This document shows, piece after piece, positions 1 to 9,965 of a stretch of 64,000 bases of DNA. Origin of the DNA: Escherichia coli (GTDB lineage: Bacteria; Pseudomonadota; Gammaproteobacteria; Enterobacterales; Enterobacteriaceae). Every line of letters begins with the position of its first letter. Position 1 is the stretch's first letter. Made by a program: the position numbers and the translations under genes. The stretch is taken from the NCBI RefSeq assembly GCF_036507355.1, contig NZ_AP027877.1. The stretch is one strand, 5' to 3'. Under the pieces are notes generated by a model. It was given only the letters and a program-made list of their open reading frames with translations. It had not been told where the DNA came from and did not search any database.

Positions 1-486
1 GATCAACCGTGCGTCCTGCGCCAGTGCACGGCAAATAGCCACCAGCTGACAGCGGGCAATTGAAAGCTCAGAAACGAGTGTATCCAGTGGCAATGTGACG
101 TTAATACTGGTCATTGCCGCCTGCGCCACCTCACGCAGACGACGGCGGTTAACAAACAGACCGTGGTGATAGTGATTCACGGCGATATTCTCCCAGACAC
201 TCAGGTTAGGAAATAAAGAGAGGTCCTGATAAATCACCTGAATCCCCTGCGCCACCGAAGCGGCGGGTGTCAGCTTTGACCAGTTTTTCCCACCAAGCGT
301 AATTTCCGCTCCCTCATCCGGGCGATAAACACCGGACATAATTTTAATCAACGTCGATTTACCACAGCCGTTTTGCCCGGCAAGGCAGTGCACTTCACCC
401 GACATAAAGTCGAGAGAAACATCGCGCAGCGCTCGCGTGGCATGAAACGTTTTGTTGATATGACGAAGGGAAAGGAAGGTTTCCAT
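1..486 (-). CDS. Sugar ABC transporter ATP-binding protein, 5' portion (gene runs off the window start)
   Basis: Reverse-strand translation from ATG at 484-486 gives METFLSLRHINKTF...LAGQNGCGKSTL (Walker A). Absent from the ORF track because it is truncated by the window edge. Confidence 0.75.
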   Translation of the reverse strand, partial: METFLSLRHINKTFHATRALRDVSLDFMSGEVHCLAGQNGCGKSTLIKIMSGVYRPDEGAEITLGGKNWSKLTPAASVAQGIQVIYQDLSLFPNLSVWENIAVNHYHHGLFVNRRRLREVAQAAMTSINVTLPLDTLVSELSIARCQLVAICRALAQDARLI

Positions 487-509
487 AACATCCCCTGGCA
501 ATAAGAATC

Positions 510-525
510 GGGGCTTTCGCCCCGA
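510..525. promoter_or_regulatory. Intercistronic GC-rich hairpin between binding-protein and ATPase genes
   Basis: cggggctttcgccccg forms a 6-bp stem with a 4-nt loop in the 48-bp gap between the two genes. Confidence 0.35.
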
Positions 526-534
526 AGAAATGGA

Positions 535-1521
535 TTAATAAAGTGAGTCGATATTGTCTTTGTTGACCAGTAATACCTTATGGAAACGGATAATTCGCTT
601 ATCCATATCTACGTCGGCCTTACCCAGATTCTGCATTTCTAATCCAGGTTTGATCTCTTCACCCTTCAGCAACGTACTGGCGACGGCTGCGAGTGCGTAA
701 CCTGCAGAGGCCGGATCGTAAGTAATCCCTTCGGTGATATCACCACTTTTAATCAGTGATGCCGCCTGTGAAGGGATCATCATGCCATAGACTGCGACTT
801 TATTTTTCGCCCGTTTCTCTTTCACCGCACGTCCCGCGCCAATCGGACCGTTTGAACCAAAGGAGACAACCGCTTTCAAGTCAGGATAGGTTTTCATCAG
901 GTCCAGTGTGGTACGACGTGAGTCATCCACACTCTCGGCAACCGGCATGCGGCGGGTAACTTCATGCATATCCGGGTAATGCTCTTTCTGGTATTTCACC
1001 AGCAAGTCAGCCCATAAGTTATGCTGCGGCACGGTCAAACTACCCACGTAAATCACATAGCCGCCCTTGCCCCCCATGCGTTTCGCCATATGCTCAACAT
1101 ATTCAGCGGCAAATTTTTCGTTATCAATGATTTCAATATCCCAGTTAGCACTTGGCTGACCGGGGGATTCGTTGGTCAGAACCACAATTCCGGCATCTCG
1201 CGCTTTTTTGAATACCGGTTCCAGCACGTTGGCATCGTTTGGCACGATAGTAATTGCATTAACCTTACGGGCGATTAAATCCTCAATAATTTTGACCTGT
1301 TGCGGAGCATCAGTACTTGAAGGCCCCACCTGTGAGGCATTAACACCAAAGGCTTTACCCGCCTCAACCACACCTTCGCCCATGCGATTAAACCACGGCA
1401 TACCATCGACTTTAGAAATATTCACCACGACTTTTTCCGCTGCCTGGAGCGGCGCAGAAATTAGCGCAGCGCCTAATAACAGCGAAGACACCATATTGAT
1501 AACAAAACGTTTATTCATCAT
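535..1521 (-). CDS. Periplasmic sugar-binding protein, ABC transporter substrate-binding component
   Basis: 328-aa ORF with an N-terminal signal peptide (LLLGAALISAPLQA/AEK) and periplasmic-binding-protein type I-like sequence; directly upstream of the ATPase gene on the same strand. Confidence 0.8.
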   Translation of the reverse strand: MMNKRFVINMVSSLLLGAALISAPLQAAEKVVVNISKVDGMPWFNRMGEGVVEAGKAFGVNASQVGPSSTDAPQQVKIIEDLIARKVNAITIVPNDANVLEPVFKKARDAGIVVLTNESPGQPSANWDIEIIDNEKFAAEYVEHMAKRMGGKGGYVIYVGSLTVPQHNLWADLLVKYQKEHYPDMHEVTRRMPVAESVDDSRRTTLDLMKTYPDLKAVVSFGSNGPIGAGRAVKEKRAKNKVAVYGMMIPSQAASLIKSGDITEGITYDPASAGYALAAVASTLLKGEEIKPGLEMQNLGKADVDMDKRIIRFHKVLLVNKDNIDSLY

Positions 1522-1771
1522 TTCAGCCTCATTGCAGGGTAGTCAGGAAGTGTTCGCCCAAATTAGCGCGCTGGAGAGAATAAGAATTTTCGAATATTTT
1601 TATGCAGAATAAACAGCTCTATTTCAGGCAGCTATTAAAAATATGGTTATAAATATGGACAAAACGGGCAGCAATAATAAGTGTGACATTCATCACGTAA
1701 AAAACAGCAAAATAAACAAAATTAGCGATATTTTATGTTTGTGAGCTTATTTCGTGTAGATAAATAGTTAT

Positions 1772-2182
1772 CTATACAACGTCAATAAGGGCATATTCTT
1801 CAAAGATAACGTCCATTTCTGGTGAATAGCTTCCTTCTGCCTGGAAAAAACGACGGTGTTCATTACGCCAATATTCAAGACTGAGGTCACCTTCACCTTC
1901 CTTACGGGCAAGCTCCGCGGTGACATCAGAAAAGCGCAGTAAATGCAGGCCAATCACTCTGATAACACATACAGGCTCACCACAGCTATTTTCTACAATC
2001 TTATACTCACCAATCATCGGAAATGCGTTGTCTTCAATACATCCCGCCAGCGAACCACAGGAAGCTGTTTTAACACCAGTCGCAATCAACGTTGCGAGGT
2101 GATCGGCCAACGCGGCTGAATCGCCAAAAGTACAAAAGGAAGCATGGGGATATTTTTGTGAGAATTTTTCTTTTATGGTCAT
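1772..2182 (-). CDS. Hypothetical protein, possibly ASCH/PUA-like
   Basis: ORF 1772..2212; likely start at MTIKEKFSQKYPHA. Domain guess from sequence feel only. Confidence 0.4.
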   Translation of the reverse strand: MTIKEKFSQKYPHASFCTFGDSAALADHLATLIATGVKTASCGSLAGCIEDNAFPMIGEYKIVENSCGEPVCVIRVIGLHLLRFSDVTAELARKEGEGDLSLEYWRNEHRRFFQAEGSYSPEMDVIFEEYALIDVV

Positions 2183-2479
2183 GGCAATATTTTTGCGATT
2201 ACGGAAAAACAAATCACATCTTAATTACTGTTGGTAACCATCAGCAAGAGTATCATTGGTTTTTCGATACTGAATCTTTTTTATCCGAAGCAGGTCACAT
2301 TTATGGCCTGATAAATACCTTTGTTAAAACTCACTTTTGTGTATTTCTCTCAAATAATCCCCTGGAAATTATGCCGGGAGATTATAAAGTTCAGGATCAT
2401 TCATTAGCAAACCATTCCCCCCCACTCCCTGGGGCTTAAATCTCTTACTATTCACCGTTGCAGGCGTTTCAAATGCGCA

Positions 2480-3862
2480 TCAACCTGCCACACTCCCCCA
2501 CACCAGTTGCCCTTTATGGAACGTTGCGGTTCTCGGCGAGATACGCGCCACCGCCTCGGCGGAACAGGAGGCGTCCACCAGCACAAAGGTGGCGTCATCT
2601 TGCGCTTTGGGCCAGACGCGCTCGCCTTTTTCGTTGAGCGGCAATACATCACCAGTGGCTAAAAACAGCGAGCGGGAGAGGTTCTGTTCGTTAGGACGAA
2701 TATAGAGCTGCGCGTACAGATTGGCTTTTTCCAGCATGTCGCCCAGGCCGTAGGGAGACCAGTGGTCGATAACGCTGTCGGTGCCGGTCATGACTTTTAC
2801 GCCTTTGTCGTGCAGCTGTTTGAGCGGCATATGCAGCGTGCCAATCGGCACCGTCGAGGCGATAGAAATTTGCTGCGCCGCCATCCGGTGCGCCAGTTCA
2901 TCTACCTGTTGTTCGTTGAGCGTAGCCAGCGCGAAGGCGTGACTGATGGTCAGCTTGCCCTTCAGTTGCGGCGTTTTCTCTACCGTTTCAACCATATAAT
3001 TGATGGCTGCCACGCCTGCCGGAGTGGTTTCGTGCAGGTGAATATCGACGCCTTTGTCGTAGTCCAGCGCAATCTGGAACATGGTATCGAGGGATTTTTC
3101 CATCGCGCCATCGACACTGGTCGGGTCCAGCCCGCCGACGTAATGCGCCCCCGCCTGCATCGCTTCGCGCATTAAGGGTTCCGATTTCGACAGCAGCAAA
3201 CCGTGCTGCGGGAAGGCGACGATTTCACACTCGAAGCCCGCCTGACGTCGCGCCAGCACCGCCTGCAAATTTTGCAGATTTTTCAGACCGGAAACCGGTT
3301 CGATATTGCAGTGGCTGCGGGCAATGGTGGTGCCTTTCGACTGCAATAGATCGATCAGTTTTTCCGCCCGCTCCTGCGTATACGGTTGTAACTCCGGCAG
3401 CATTTTCTGCTCGAGTTTGATCATGTCCTGGATAGTGGTGCCTGCCGGACGATTGAGCGAGCGCCACGGCCCGCCGTAAAAGGTTTTGTCGAGATGAATA
3501 TGCATGTCGCGGGTGGTGGGCAGCATCAGCTTACCGCCAGCGTCATAGTGCGGCAGCGTGGCGTCCGGATGCTGCTTGTTCTCGCGCAGGGCAACAATTT
3601 TACCGTTCTGAATCTCCACGGTCTGGCGCACCGTGCGGGTCTGCACCGCCACGCCATTTTCGTAGTCAAATCCAGTTTCCAGCAGCACGTTGTCGAGATA
3701 GTAATGCGGGTCAGTGATTTTCATGGTGTTGTTCGCTTCGCAGTTTGTGGTGCCAGAGACCGCCGCATGGGCGAGCGGCACAGAGGTACCAAACAGCGCG
3801 GCGGCGGTGACCATCTTACCACTCTGGCTCAAAAACTCACGGCGGCTATTGTTTTCTTTCAT
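2480..3862 (-). CDS. yahJ: Tat-exported metal-dependent amidohydrolase/deaminase
   Basis: 460 aa with twin-arginine signal (SRREFLSQSG...AHA) and amidohydrolase HxH-type core; last gene of the yahD-J cluster. Confidence 0.85.
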   Translation of the reverse strand: MKENNSRREFLSQSGKMVTAAALFGTSVPLAHAAVSGTTNCEANNTMKITDPHYYLDNVLLETGFDYENGVAVQTRTVRQTVEIQNGKIVALRENKQHPDATLPHYDAGGKLMLPTTRDMHIHLDKTFYGGPWRSLNRPAGTTIQDMIKLEQKMLPELQPYTQERAEKLIDLLQSKGTTIARSHCNIEPVSGLKNLQNLQAVLARRQAGFECEIVAFPQHGLLLSKSEPLMREAMQAGAHYVGGLDPTSVDGAMEKSLDTMFQIALDYDKGVDIHLHETTPAGVAAINYMVETVEKTPQLKGKLTISHAFALATLNEQQVDELAHRMAAQQISIASTVPIGTLHMPLKQLHDKGVKVMTGTDSVIDHWSPYGLGDMLEKANLYAQLYIRPNEQNLSRSLFLATGDVLPLNEKGERVWPKAQDDATFVLVDASCSAEAVARISPRTATFHKGQLVWGSVAG

Positions 3863-3871
3863 CTTACGTCC

Positions 3872-4822
3872 TTACGTTTTAATAATGTGGGTGCCCGTTT
3901 CACCGCGCAGCGCCGCTGGCAGGCATTCCGGCGTGGTGATAATCACTTCTTTACCGCCCTGTTCCAGGAACGTCAGGCTGGCGATGATTTTTGGCAACAT
4001 GCTGCCGGGCGGGAAATGCCCTTCCTGCATATAGCGAGTCATGGTGGCAATATCTACGCGATCGAGCGCCTGCTGCTGCGGTTTACCAAAATGAATACAC
4101 ACTTTTTCCACGCCAGTGGTGATCACCAGAATGTCGGCGTGAATTTCGCGAGCCAGTAGCGCGGTAGAGAGATCTTTGTCGATAACCGCGTCCACGCTTT
4201 GGTAATCTCCCGCGTCAGTACGCACTACCGGAATTCCACCGCCGCCCGCGCCAATTACGACAAAACCTTGTTGGATCAGCGCTTTAATGGCAGGTGCTTC
4301 GACAATACGTTTCGGTTCCGGCGAGGCGACCACGCGGCGATAGCCCCGCCCGGCATCTTCAACAAAACACCAGTCAGGGTTTGCCTTTTGTAATTCGTCA
4401 CGCTGGCTGTCACTAAAGAATGCGCCGATGGGCTTGGTGGGATGGGCAAATCCCGGATCGTTTTTATCCACTTCCACCTGAGTCACCACGGTGACGGCTT
4501 TTTTCTCGCCGTGACGCGCCAGTCGGTTGTTCAGCGCCTGTTGGATCAGATAGCCAATGCCGCCTTGCGTATCCGCTACACAGTTCGCCAGCGGCGTTAA
4601 GGGGAGCCCTTCGCGCTCGTGGGCAATCTCCGCACGGCGTAAATCCAGCCCGACCTGCGGCCCGTTACCGTGGGTCAGCACAATGTCGTAATCGGAAGCA
4701 TGCATTTCCAGCACCGTATCGGCCACGGCTTTCACCGCCTCCGCCTGATGCTCAATCGACTGGCTGGCGTTATCTTTGATAATGCTGTTGCCACCAATGG
4801 CAACGACCACAAGCTCTTTCAT
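3872..4822 (-). CDS. yahI: Carbamate kinase-like protein
   Basis: 316 aa, MKELVVVAIGGNSI... amino-acid-kinase fold with carbamate kinase signature; length matches K-12 YahI. Confidence 0.9.
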   Translation of the reverse strand: MKELVVVAIGGNSIIKDNASQSIEHQAEAVKAVADTVLEMHASDYDIVLTHGNGPQVGLDLRRAEIAHEREGLPLTPLANCVADTQGGIGYLIQQALNNRLARHGEKKAVTVVTQVEVDKNDPGFAHPTKPIGAFFSDSQRDELQKANPDWCFVEDAGRGYRRVVASPEPKRIVEAPAIKALIQQGFVVIGAGGGGIPVVRTDAGDYQSVDAVIDKDLSTALLAREIHADILVITTGVEKVCIHFGKPQQQALDRVDIATMTRYMQEGHFPPGSMLPKIIASLTFLEQGGKEVIITTPECLPAALRGETGTHIIKT

Positions 4823-4872
4823 GTTGTTATGTCCGCTACAGAGGGTGATGGGGTTGTGACCAACGCCAAATT

Positions 4873-5232
4873 GCCTGATGCGCTACGCTTATCAGGCCTA
4901 CAAATTCTCGTGCCACTCGTAGGCCGGATAAGGCGTTCACGCCGCATCCGGCAATGGTGACAAATGCCTGATGCGCTACGCTTATCAGGCCTACAAATTC
5001 TCGTGCCATTCGTGGGCCGGATAAGGCGTTCACGCCGCATCCGGCAATGGTGACAAATGCCTGATGCGCTACGCTTATCAGGCCTACAAATTCTTGCGCC
5101 ACTTGTAGGCCGGATAAGGCGTTCACGCCGCATCCGGCAATGGTGACAAATGCCTGATGCGCTACGCTTATCAGGCCTACAGATTCTTGCGCCATTCGTA
5201 GGCCGGATAAGGCGTTCACGCCGCATCCGGCA
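4873..5232. repeat. BIME/REP array: four tandem 93-bp units
   Basis: Unit gcctgatgcgctacgcttatcaggcctac...ggccggataaggcgttcacgccgcatccggca recurs at 4873, 4966, 5059 and 5152 (period 93 bp), each containing two inverted REP palindromes. Confidence 0.9.
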
Positions 5233-5244
5233 TGAACATGTAGG

Positions 5245-6663
5245 TCAGACGCCGTAACGTTCGCACCAGCCAAGAATGGCTTTCTCGAAGCAGGCAAAAG
5301 GTGGATGCACAATGCCCGCGCCAATCATGCCGACGCCCGCATCTTTATGGGCGATGGCGGTGTTGATCACTGGCAGAATGCCGCTGCTACCCACGCGGGT
5401 GATGTCGATTGCCGATGGCACGCCCATAAAACCGAGCAGCGGAATGGTGACGTTGGGGTTTTCGCCAAGGGTGATTTCGCGCATCTGACGGGAGAAATCG
5501 ATAGCCTCTTCCACCGTGCCACCCACCAGCGCGACGATTGCAGGCGCGGTCGCCATGGCAAACCCGCCAATACCGTAGGTTTCTGTGATGGCGCTGTCGC
5601 CGATATCCAGCCCCGAATCTTCCGGCTTATAACCAGCAAACATCGGGCCGATGACCTGCTGCGCTGGGCCGGTAAACCACTGCCCCGGCAGGCCGCTGAC
5701 CCGCAGGCCGAACTCGACGCCGTTACGCGCCATGGTGGTAACGACGGTGCTGTATTCGATGCCGTGCGCCGCATCCATCGCCGCTTTACACATCGCCATC
5801 CACGTCGGGCCGGAGAAGTAGTCGCTGCTGGCGACAAACTCAAACACTTCGCGCTGTTGCTCGACGGAGTAGCCCGCCTGAATAATCCCCGGCGTCAGCG
5901 CCTGAATCAGCAGCGTCGTCCCGGCGTTATTGCGGTTATGGCACTCATCGCCCATATGCAGCGCCTGCGCCAGCATTAAGCGCAGATCGATTTCGCCGAT
6001 AATTTTCATCGCGTCGCGCAGTATTGGTCCCTGCACATCACGCATCCAGTTCAGGCGGTCAATCACGCTCTGGTCGTTAGCGCCCATACGCAAAATCTTC
6101 GCCATCTGCTCGCTCATGTTGGTATAAGCGATGTTGCCGTAGGTTTTGTTTTTTACGATGTGCATAAACATCGAGGCCGAGGTAACACCCGCCATCGATC
6201 CCACACAGTCGTGTTCGTGGCACGGCGAGAAGGTGATCTCCCCGGAGGCCGCCAGGTCAGCCGCCTCGTCGAGATCTTTCGCCAGTCCTTCGAACACCAG
6301 CGCTCCGGTGACCGCGCCTTTCATCGCGCCGCACATTTTTTCCCAGGTGATCGGCGGCCCGGCGTGAAGAATGGTTTTCGGCGTCATGCCCGGCACCACG
6401 TTAATCGCCTGATCAAAACCAATCAGCACCGGATGCGACTGGATAATGCGCTCCAGCGCCTGCTGGTTAGCGGCGGCGATTTTGTCTGCCAGCGGCGAAT
6501 CGGCAATGTTATCCAGCGCCTGCACCACCTGCATATTGCCCTGCCCCGGCGGCGTCCAGTCGAGTTGAGTCACTTCTACATGCTGCTTTTTCAGGTCATC
6601 GCTAAACATGGCGATGCCGACGTTAATAACGTTCAATGGTTGGCTAAACAGTGACTGGCTCAT
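5245..6663 (-). CDS. yahG: DUF1116-family protein (YlbE paralog)
   Basis: 472 aa; length and position match K-12 YahG. Confidence 0.8.
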   Translation of the reverse strand: MSQSLFSQPLNVINVGIAMFSDDLKKQHVEVTQLDWTPPGQGNMQVVQALDNIADSPLADKIAAANQQALERIIQSHPVLIGFDQAINVVPGMTPKTILHAGPPITWEKMCGAMKGAVTGALVFEGLAKDLDEAADLAASGEITFSPCHEHDCVGSMAGVTSASMFMHIVKNKTYGNIAYTNMSEQMAKILRMGANDQSVIDRLNWMRDVQGPILRDAMKIIGEIDLRLMLAQALHMGDECHNRNNAGTTLLIQALTPGIIQAGYSVEQQREVFEFVASSDYFSGPTWMAMCKAAMDAAHGIEYSTVVTTMARNGVEFGLRVSGLPGQWFTGPAQQVIGPMFAGYKPEDSGLDIGDSAITETYGIGGFAMATAPAIVALVGGTVEEAIDFSRQMREITLGENPNVTIPLLGFMGVPSAIDITRVGSSGILPVINTAIAHKDAGVGMIGAGIVHPPFACFEKAILGWCERYGV

Positions 6664-8210
6664 CAGGCTTCCTCCCCTTTGCAGATAAATTCACGCGCCA
6701 GCAATCCGGTATTGGTGCTGCTGCTCGCCAGAATCACTCCGGCATCAAGCAGCATCTGGCTTTGTTGTTCTAACGATGGCGTATCAAGATCGGTACCCAG
6801 CACATAGGCGAGAATGATCAACTCGCGTCCTTCGGCAGCGGCGATCGCTTTCGCTTCTTTGATCGCCTCGATGGTGGAGCCGACCGGATCTTCATGCGAT
6901 CCAAATCCGAGCACAAAATCCATCACGATCACCGCCACTTCTGGATCGCGCGCCTCTTCGATCAAGCGACTGATGCGGTTGGTGGGGTCAATCATTGGAT
7001 GCGGCTTGCCGTTGGTGAAGTCGTCATCGCCAAAGTCGAGGAAGGTGTGTTTGATGCTGCGGTTGATATCTTTCAGGCGGAATTCCGGATCGGGCTGAAT
7101 GTTGCTGTAGACATCGCCATGTTTTTCCATCACCGCGAACATGGTTTCGTCGCACAACGTGCCGCCGCAGAACAGGCCACGAATGTATTTCTGCTGCGGT
7201 TGCAGACGCGCACGCACATCCGCAATCAACGGCTGGTTAAGCGTATGCAGGTCGAGATTTTCCTGTTTCACGCCGGAGAGCATCACCGCTTTTAGCGCCG
7301 CTTCTTTGCTGCCGCGAGCAAACTGTAGCCCCAGCTCGTCAACCGGCGTTTCGCCACGACCGAGGAAGCAGACCACCACCGGCTTGCGGCAGGCGCGGGC
7401 GCGTTCCAGCACTTTACGGGCCACCGCAGGCGCGGGAGGTTTTGAAATCAGCGCGATAATTTCAGTTTGCGGATCGTTTTCCAGCATCCCGATGGCGTCG
7501 AGCATCATCAGGCCGCCGATTTTCTCGCTCAGGTCGCGCCCGCCGGTGCCAATCAGTTGTGAAACGCCGCCACCAAATTCATGAATGCGGACGCTCAGCT
7601 CCTGGCTGCCGGTGCCGGATGCGCCAACAATACCGATGTTGCCGCGACGCACGGCGTTACCAAAACAGAGCGCCGCGCCGTTGATAATCGCCGTGCCACA
7701 GTCTGGCCCCATCATCAGCAGCCCTTTTTCGTGGGCCAGTTGCTTGAGCGCCAGTTCATCTTCAACTGAGACGTTATCGGAAAACAGCATCACGTTGAGG
7801 TCATTTTGCAGCGCCTGACGCGCTTCGCGAGCGGCAAACAGACCGTTGACCGAAATCACCGCCAGGTTACTTTCCGGGATATGCTTTTTGGCGCTGGCAA
7901 TAGTGGCGTAACGCGCCTCGTGCGAGCCGCTTTGCGCTTTGGTGTTGAACAGTTCTTCAATCTCCACCAGCAACTGCTCGTTGTCCGCACCCGATTTACC
8001 ATTGATGACAATCATCAGGTCGCCGTTTTTCGCCTGTTCCAGCTCCGGCGTCAGCAGTCCTAAATTTTTCAGCACACCTTTGTTCATTTCGGTCGCCATC
8101 GCCACAAATGCCTGCTCGACGCCGTCGAGTTTATTTGCACGCGTGGAGATAGACATCAGCGAGACAGAATCAAAATAGGTATTCGGTTTAATGACTATTT
8201 TAACTGACAT
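6663..8210 (-). CDS. yahF: FdrA-like CoA-binding / succinyl-CoA-synthetase-alpha-like protein
   Basis: 515 aa with glycine-rich CoA-binding region (GASGTGSQE, GTGGRD); overlaps yahG start and yahE end, suggesting translational coupling. Confidence 0.8.
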   Translation of the reverse strand: MSVKIVIKPNTYFDSVSLMSISTRANKLDGVEQAFVAMATEMNKGVLKNLGLLTPELEQAKNGDLMIVINGKSGADNEQLLVEIEELFNTKAQSGSHEARYATIASAKKHIPESNLAVISVNGLFAAREARQALQNDLNVMLFSDNVSVEDELALKQLAHEKGLLMMGPDCGTAIINGAALCFGNAVRRGNIGIVGASGTGSQELSVRIHEFGGGVSQLIGTGGRDLSEKIGGLMMLDAIGMLENDPQTEIIALISKPPAPAVARKVLERARACRKPVVVCFLGRGETPVDELGLQFARGSKEAALKAVMLSGVKQENLDLHTLNQPLIADVRARLQPQQKYIRGLFCGGTLCDETMFAVMEKHGDVYSNIQPDPEFRLKDINRSIKHTFLDFGDDDFTNGKPHPMIDPTNRISRLIEEARDPEVAVIVMDFVLGFGSHEDPVGSTIEAIKEAKAIAAAEGRELIILAYVLGTDLDTPSLEQQSQMLLDAGVILASSSTNTGLLAREFICKGEEA

Positions 8211-9063
8211 AATTCCCTCCGTAGGTTTGGCTCAGCGCACAACCATCGGCCATGCCATACAGCATGTCGCAGCCGGAACTGGAGCCAATATGTTTAATTT
8301 TTTCTATTGCCTGAGTTGCGTTCCCAGGGATGTCATAAATAATGTTGTGAATAAAACGATGAATATTTTCCCGGCAGCGTTGTTGTAATGCGGCTTCCAG
8401 CGTTATGGCACTTAATAACGTGGTATTATTTCTGCCGCGTTGCAAGCCGAGATAAAATTCCTCTTTGTATTTTTCCGCCGGATGCCCGGAAATAAATAAA
8501 ATAAGTGCCAGACCTATTAAATAATCATCGGCTGATGGCGTAAGGCCAATCCCTAAGCCCATCATACTGGCGACCGCTGAGGCGATATTTTGTTTATCGA
8601 TTACTGCCTGTATAACTGCCCGTCGTTTAATATGTAATTCTTTATTTAACGCCTGATAAAACGGATTATCGCCGCGATAATTAAACAGGGTTTCATTTTC
8701 CCCCAGGTGCTGATGAATAATGTCGTGCCACTGTTGCCAGGCGATAAGGTGAAAATTCACAGCGGTCATTTGCAAGGTTGGGGACAGCCAACGCCGACAA
8801 CGACTCATCTCTATATGAAGATGTTGACCAACCGTAATGCCTTGATCGTCAAACTGAACCTTATCACCATGCCGGAACAGACCATCAAAGTGAGTGAGTG
8901 CCAACCGACAACTGTTTGGCGCATTGTCGTACTCTTCACAAAGCAGCGTCAGCAACTGCTGGCGAGCCGGGAGTGCGATATTTACCGCTCTGGCAAAGAC
9001 CTGTTCAACCTGTCCTTGCCCCCGCTGCGCCAGAAAATCCGCATCCGCAGTTAGCGCCCACAC
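8200..9063 (-). CDS. yahE: DUF2877-family protein (YlbF paralog)
   Basis: 287 aa; matches K-12 YahE in length and context. Confidence 0.75.
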   Translation of the reverse strand: MWALTADADFLAQRGQGQVEQVFARAVNIALPARQQLLTLLCEEYDNAPNSCRLALTHFDGLFRHGDKVQFDDQGITVGQHLHIEMSRCRRWLSPTLQMTAVNFHLIAWQQWHDIIHQHLGENETLFNYRGDNPFYQALNKELHIKRRAVIQAVIDKQNIASAVASMMGLGIGLTPSADDYLIGLALILFISGHPAEKYKEEFYLGLQRGRNNTTLLSAITLEAALQQRCRENIHRFIHNIIYDIPGNATQAIEKIKHIGSSSGCDMLYGMADGCALSQTYGGNYVS

Positions 9064-9102
9064 ACACCGTTTTTCTGGTGTGTTGATAGCAAGCCTCCCG
9101 GT

Positions 9103-9708
9103 TTATGCACCTGCGGCAATCAGTAACTGCGCAATCTCTTCAAAGCCCCGTTCCCGCGCCAGTTCCAGTGGCGTTTTGCCATATTTATCGGTCAGATGCG
9201 GGCTGGCACCGTGTTCCAGCAATAACTGCACAATCGCCTGCTGTTTAATACCACCATCATTAAGCACAATCGCTTCCAGTAGCGGCGTCCAGCCTACATG
9301 GTTGGTCTGGTTAACGTTAATCTCCGTATGCGCCAAAAGCTCTTTTACAATACTTAAATGGCCTTTTTCACAGGCAGGCGTCAGGCCGACACCGCCAAAA
9401 CGGGTTACGCAATTAAGATCGGGTTTAGCCGGTAAAATAATTCGTAGTAGCGTTAAATCATCGTTCAGACAGCTAATTAAAAAAGGATTTAAACAGGTAT
9501 GATCTTGCTTATTAATATCCGCTCCGGCATCAATTAATGCCTGAACGCAAGCATATTGCTGATATAAACTTGCCAGCGTAATTGCCGTTTTCCCCTGACG
9601 ATCGCAGGTATTAATATCGACACCCAGCGCAAGGCAGGTTTTTACTTTATCGATATCACCCTGTTGTGCAGCCAATAAATAGTCGGCAGGTAGATTTTTT
9701 ATACTCAT
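9103..9708 (-). CDS. yahD: Ankyrin-repeat protein
   Basis: 201 aa with several ankyrin-like repeats (GKTAITLASL..., GWTPLLEAIVLND..., GKTPLELARERG...). Confidence 0.85.
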   Translation of the reverse strand: MSIKNLPADYLLAAQQGDIDKVKTCLALGVDINTCDRQGKTAITLASLYQQYACVQALIDAGADINKQDHTCLNPFLISCLNDDLTLLRIILPAKPDLNCVTRFGGVGLTPACEKGHLSIVKELLAHTEINVNQTNHVGWTPLLEAIVLNDGGIKQQAIVQLLLEHGASPHLTDKYGKTPLELARERGFEEIAQLLIAAGA

Positions 9709-9965
9709 TCACATTCCCCTGGTTTTTGTGGCTGTTTTCGATGAATTGAGAATAGCAACGATAATCTGATAAAAGAACCCGCTTAAATTTAATTCGCCGT
9801 ATTTCGCCTTTTTGTTGAATGATGTTCAACAATCTTTTCGCAGTGTGCGGTAGTGCAATATTTGTTTCTTTGACCCGATACCCTTTCACTCAATCAGGTT
9901 TTATTTCTCTATAGTCTGCACATGTAAGAGTAGCTTTCGTCCATGTCTAACCAGAGGGGAACAAG

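Noticed and set aside
4873..5232. Possible CRISPR array
   Set aside because: The 93-bp repeat units are near-identical throughout, with no unique spacers, and are REP palindromes; no cas genes nearby.
4819..5324. ORFs 4819..5226 and 4836..5324 encoding repeated RRERLIRPT/CGVNALSG peptides
   Set aside because: They lie entirely within the 93-bp tandem REP array; the open frames come from the repeat periodicity being a multiple of 3.
5305..8178. Antisense ORFs within yahG and yahF (5305..5979, 6160..6654, 7141..7584 and others)
   Set aside because: Embedded in well-supported genes on the other strand; the translations are low-complexity and Arg/Ala-rich.
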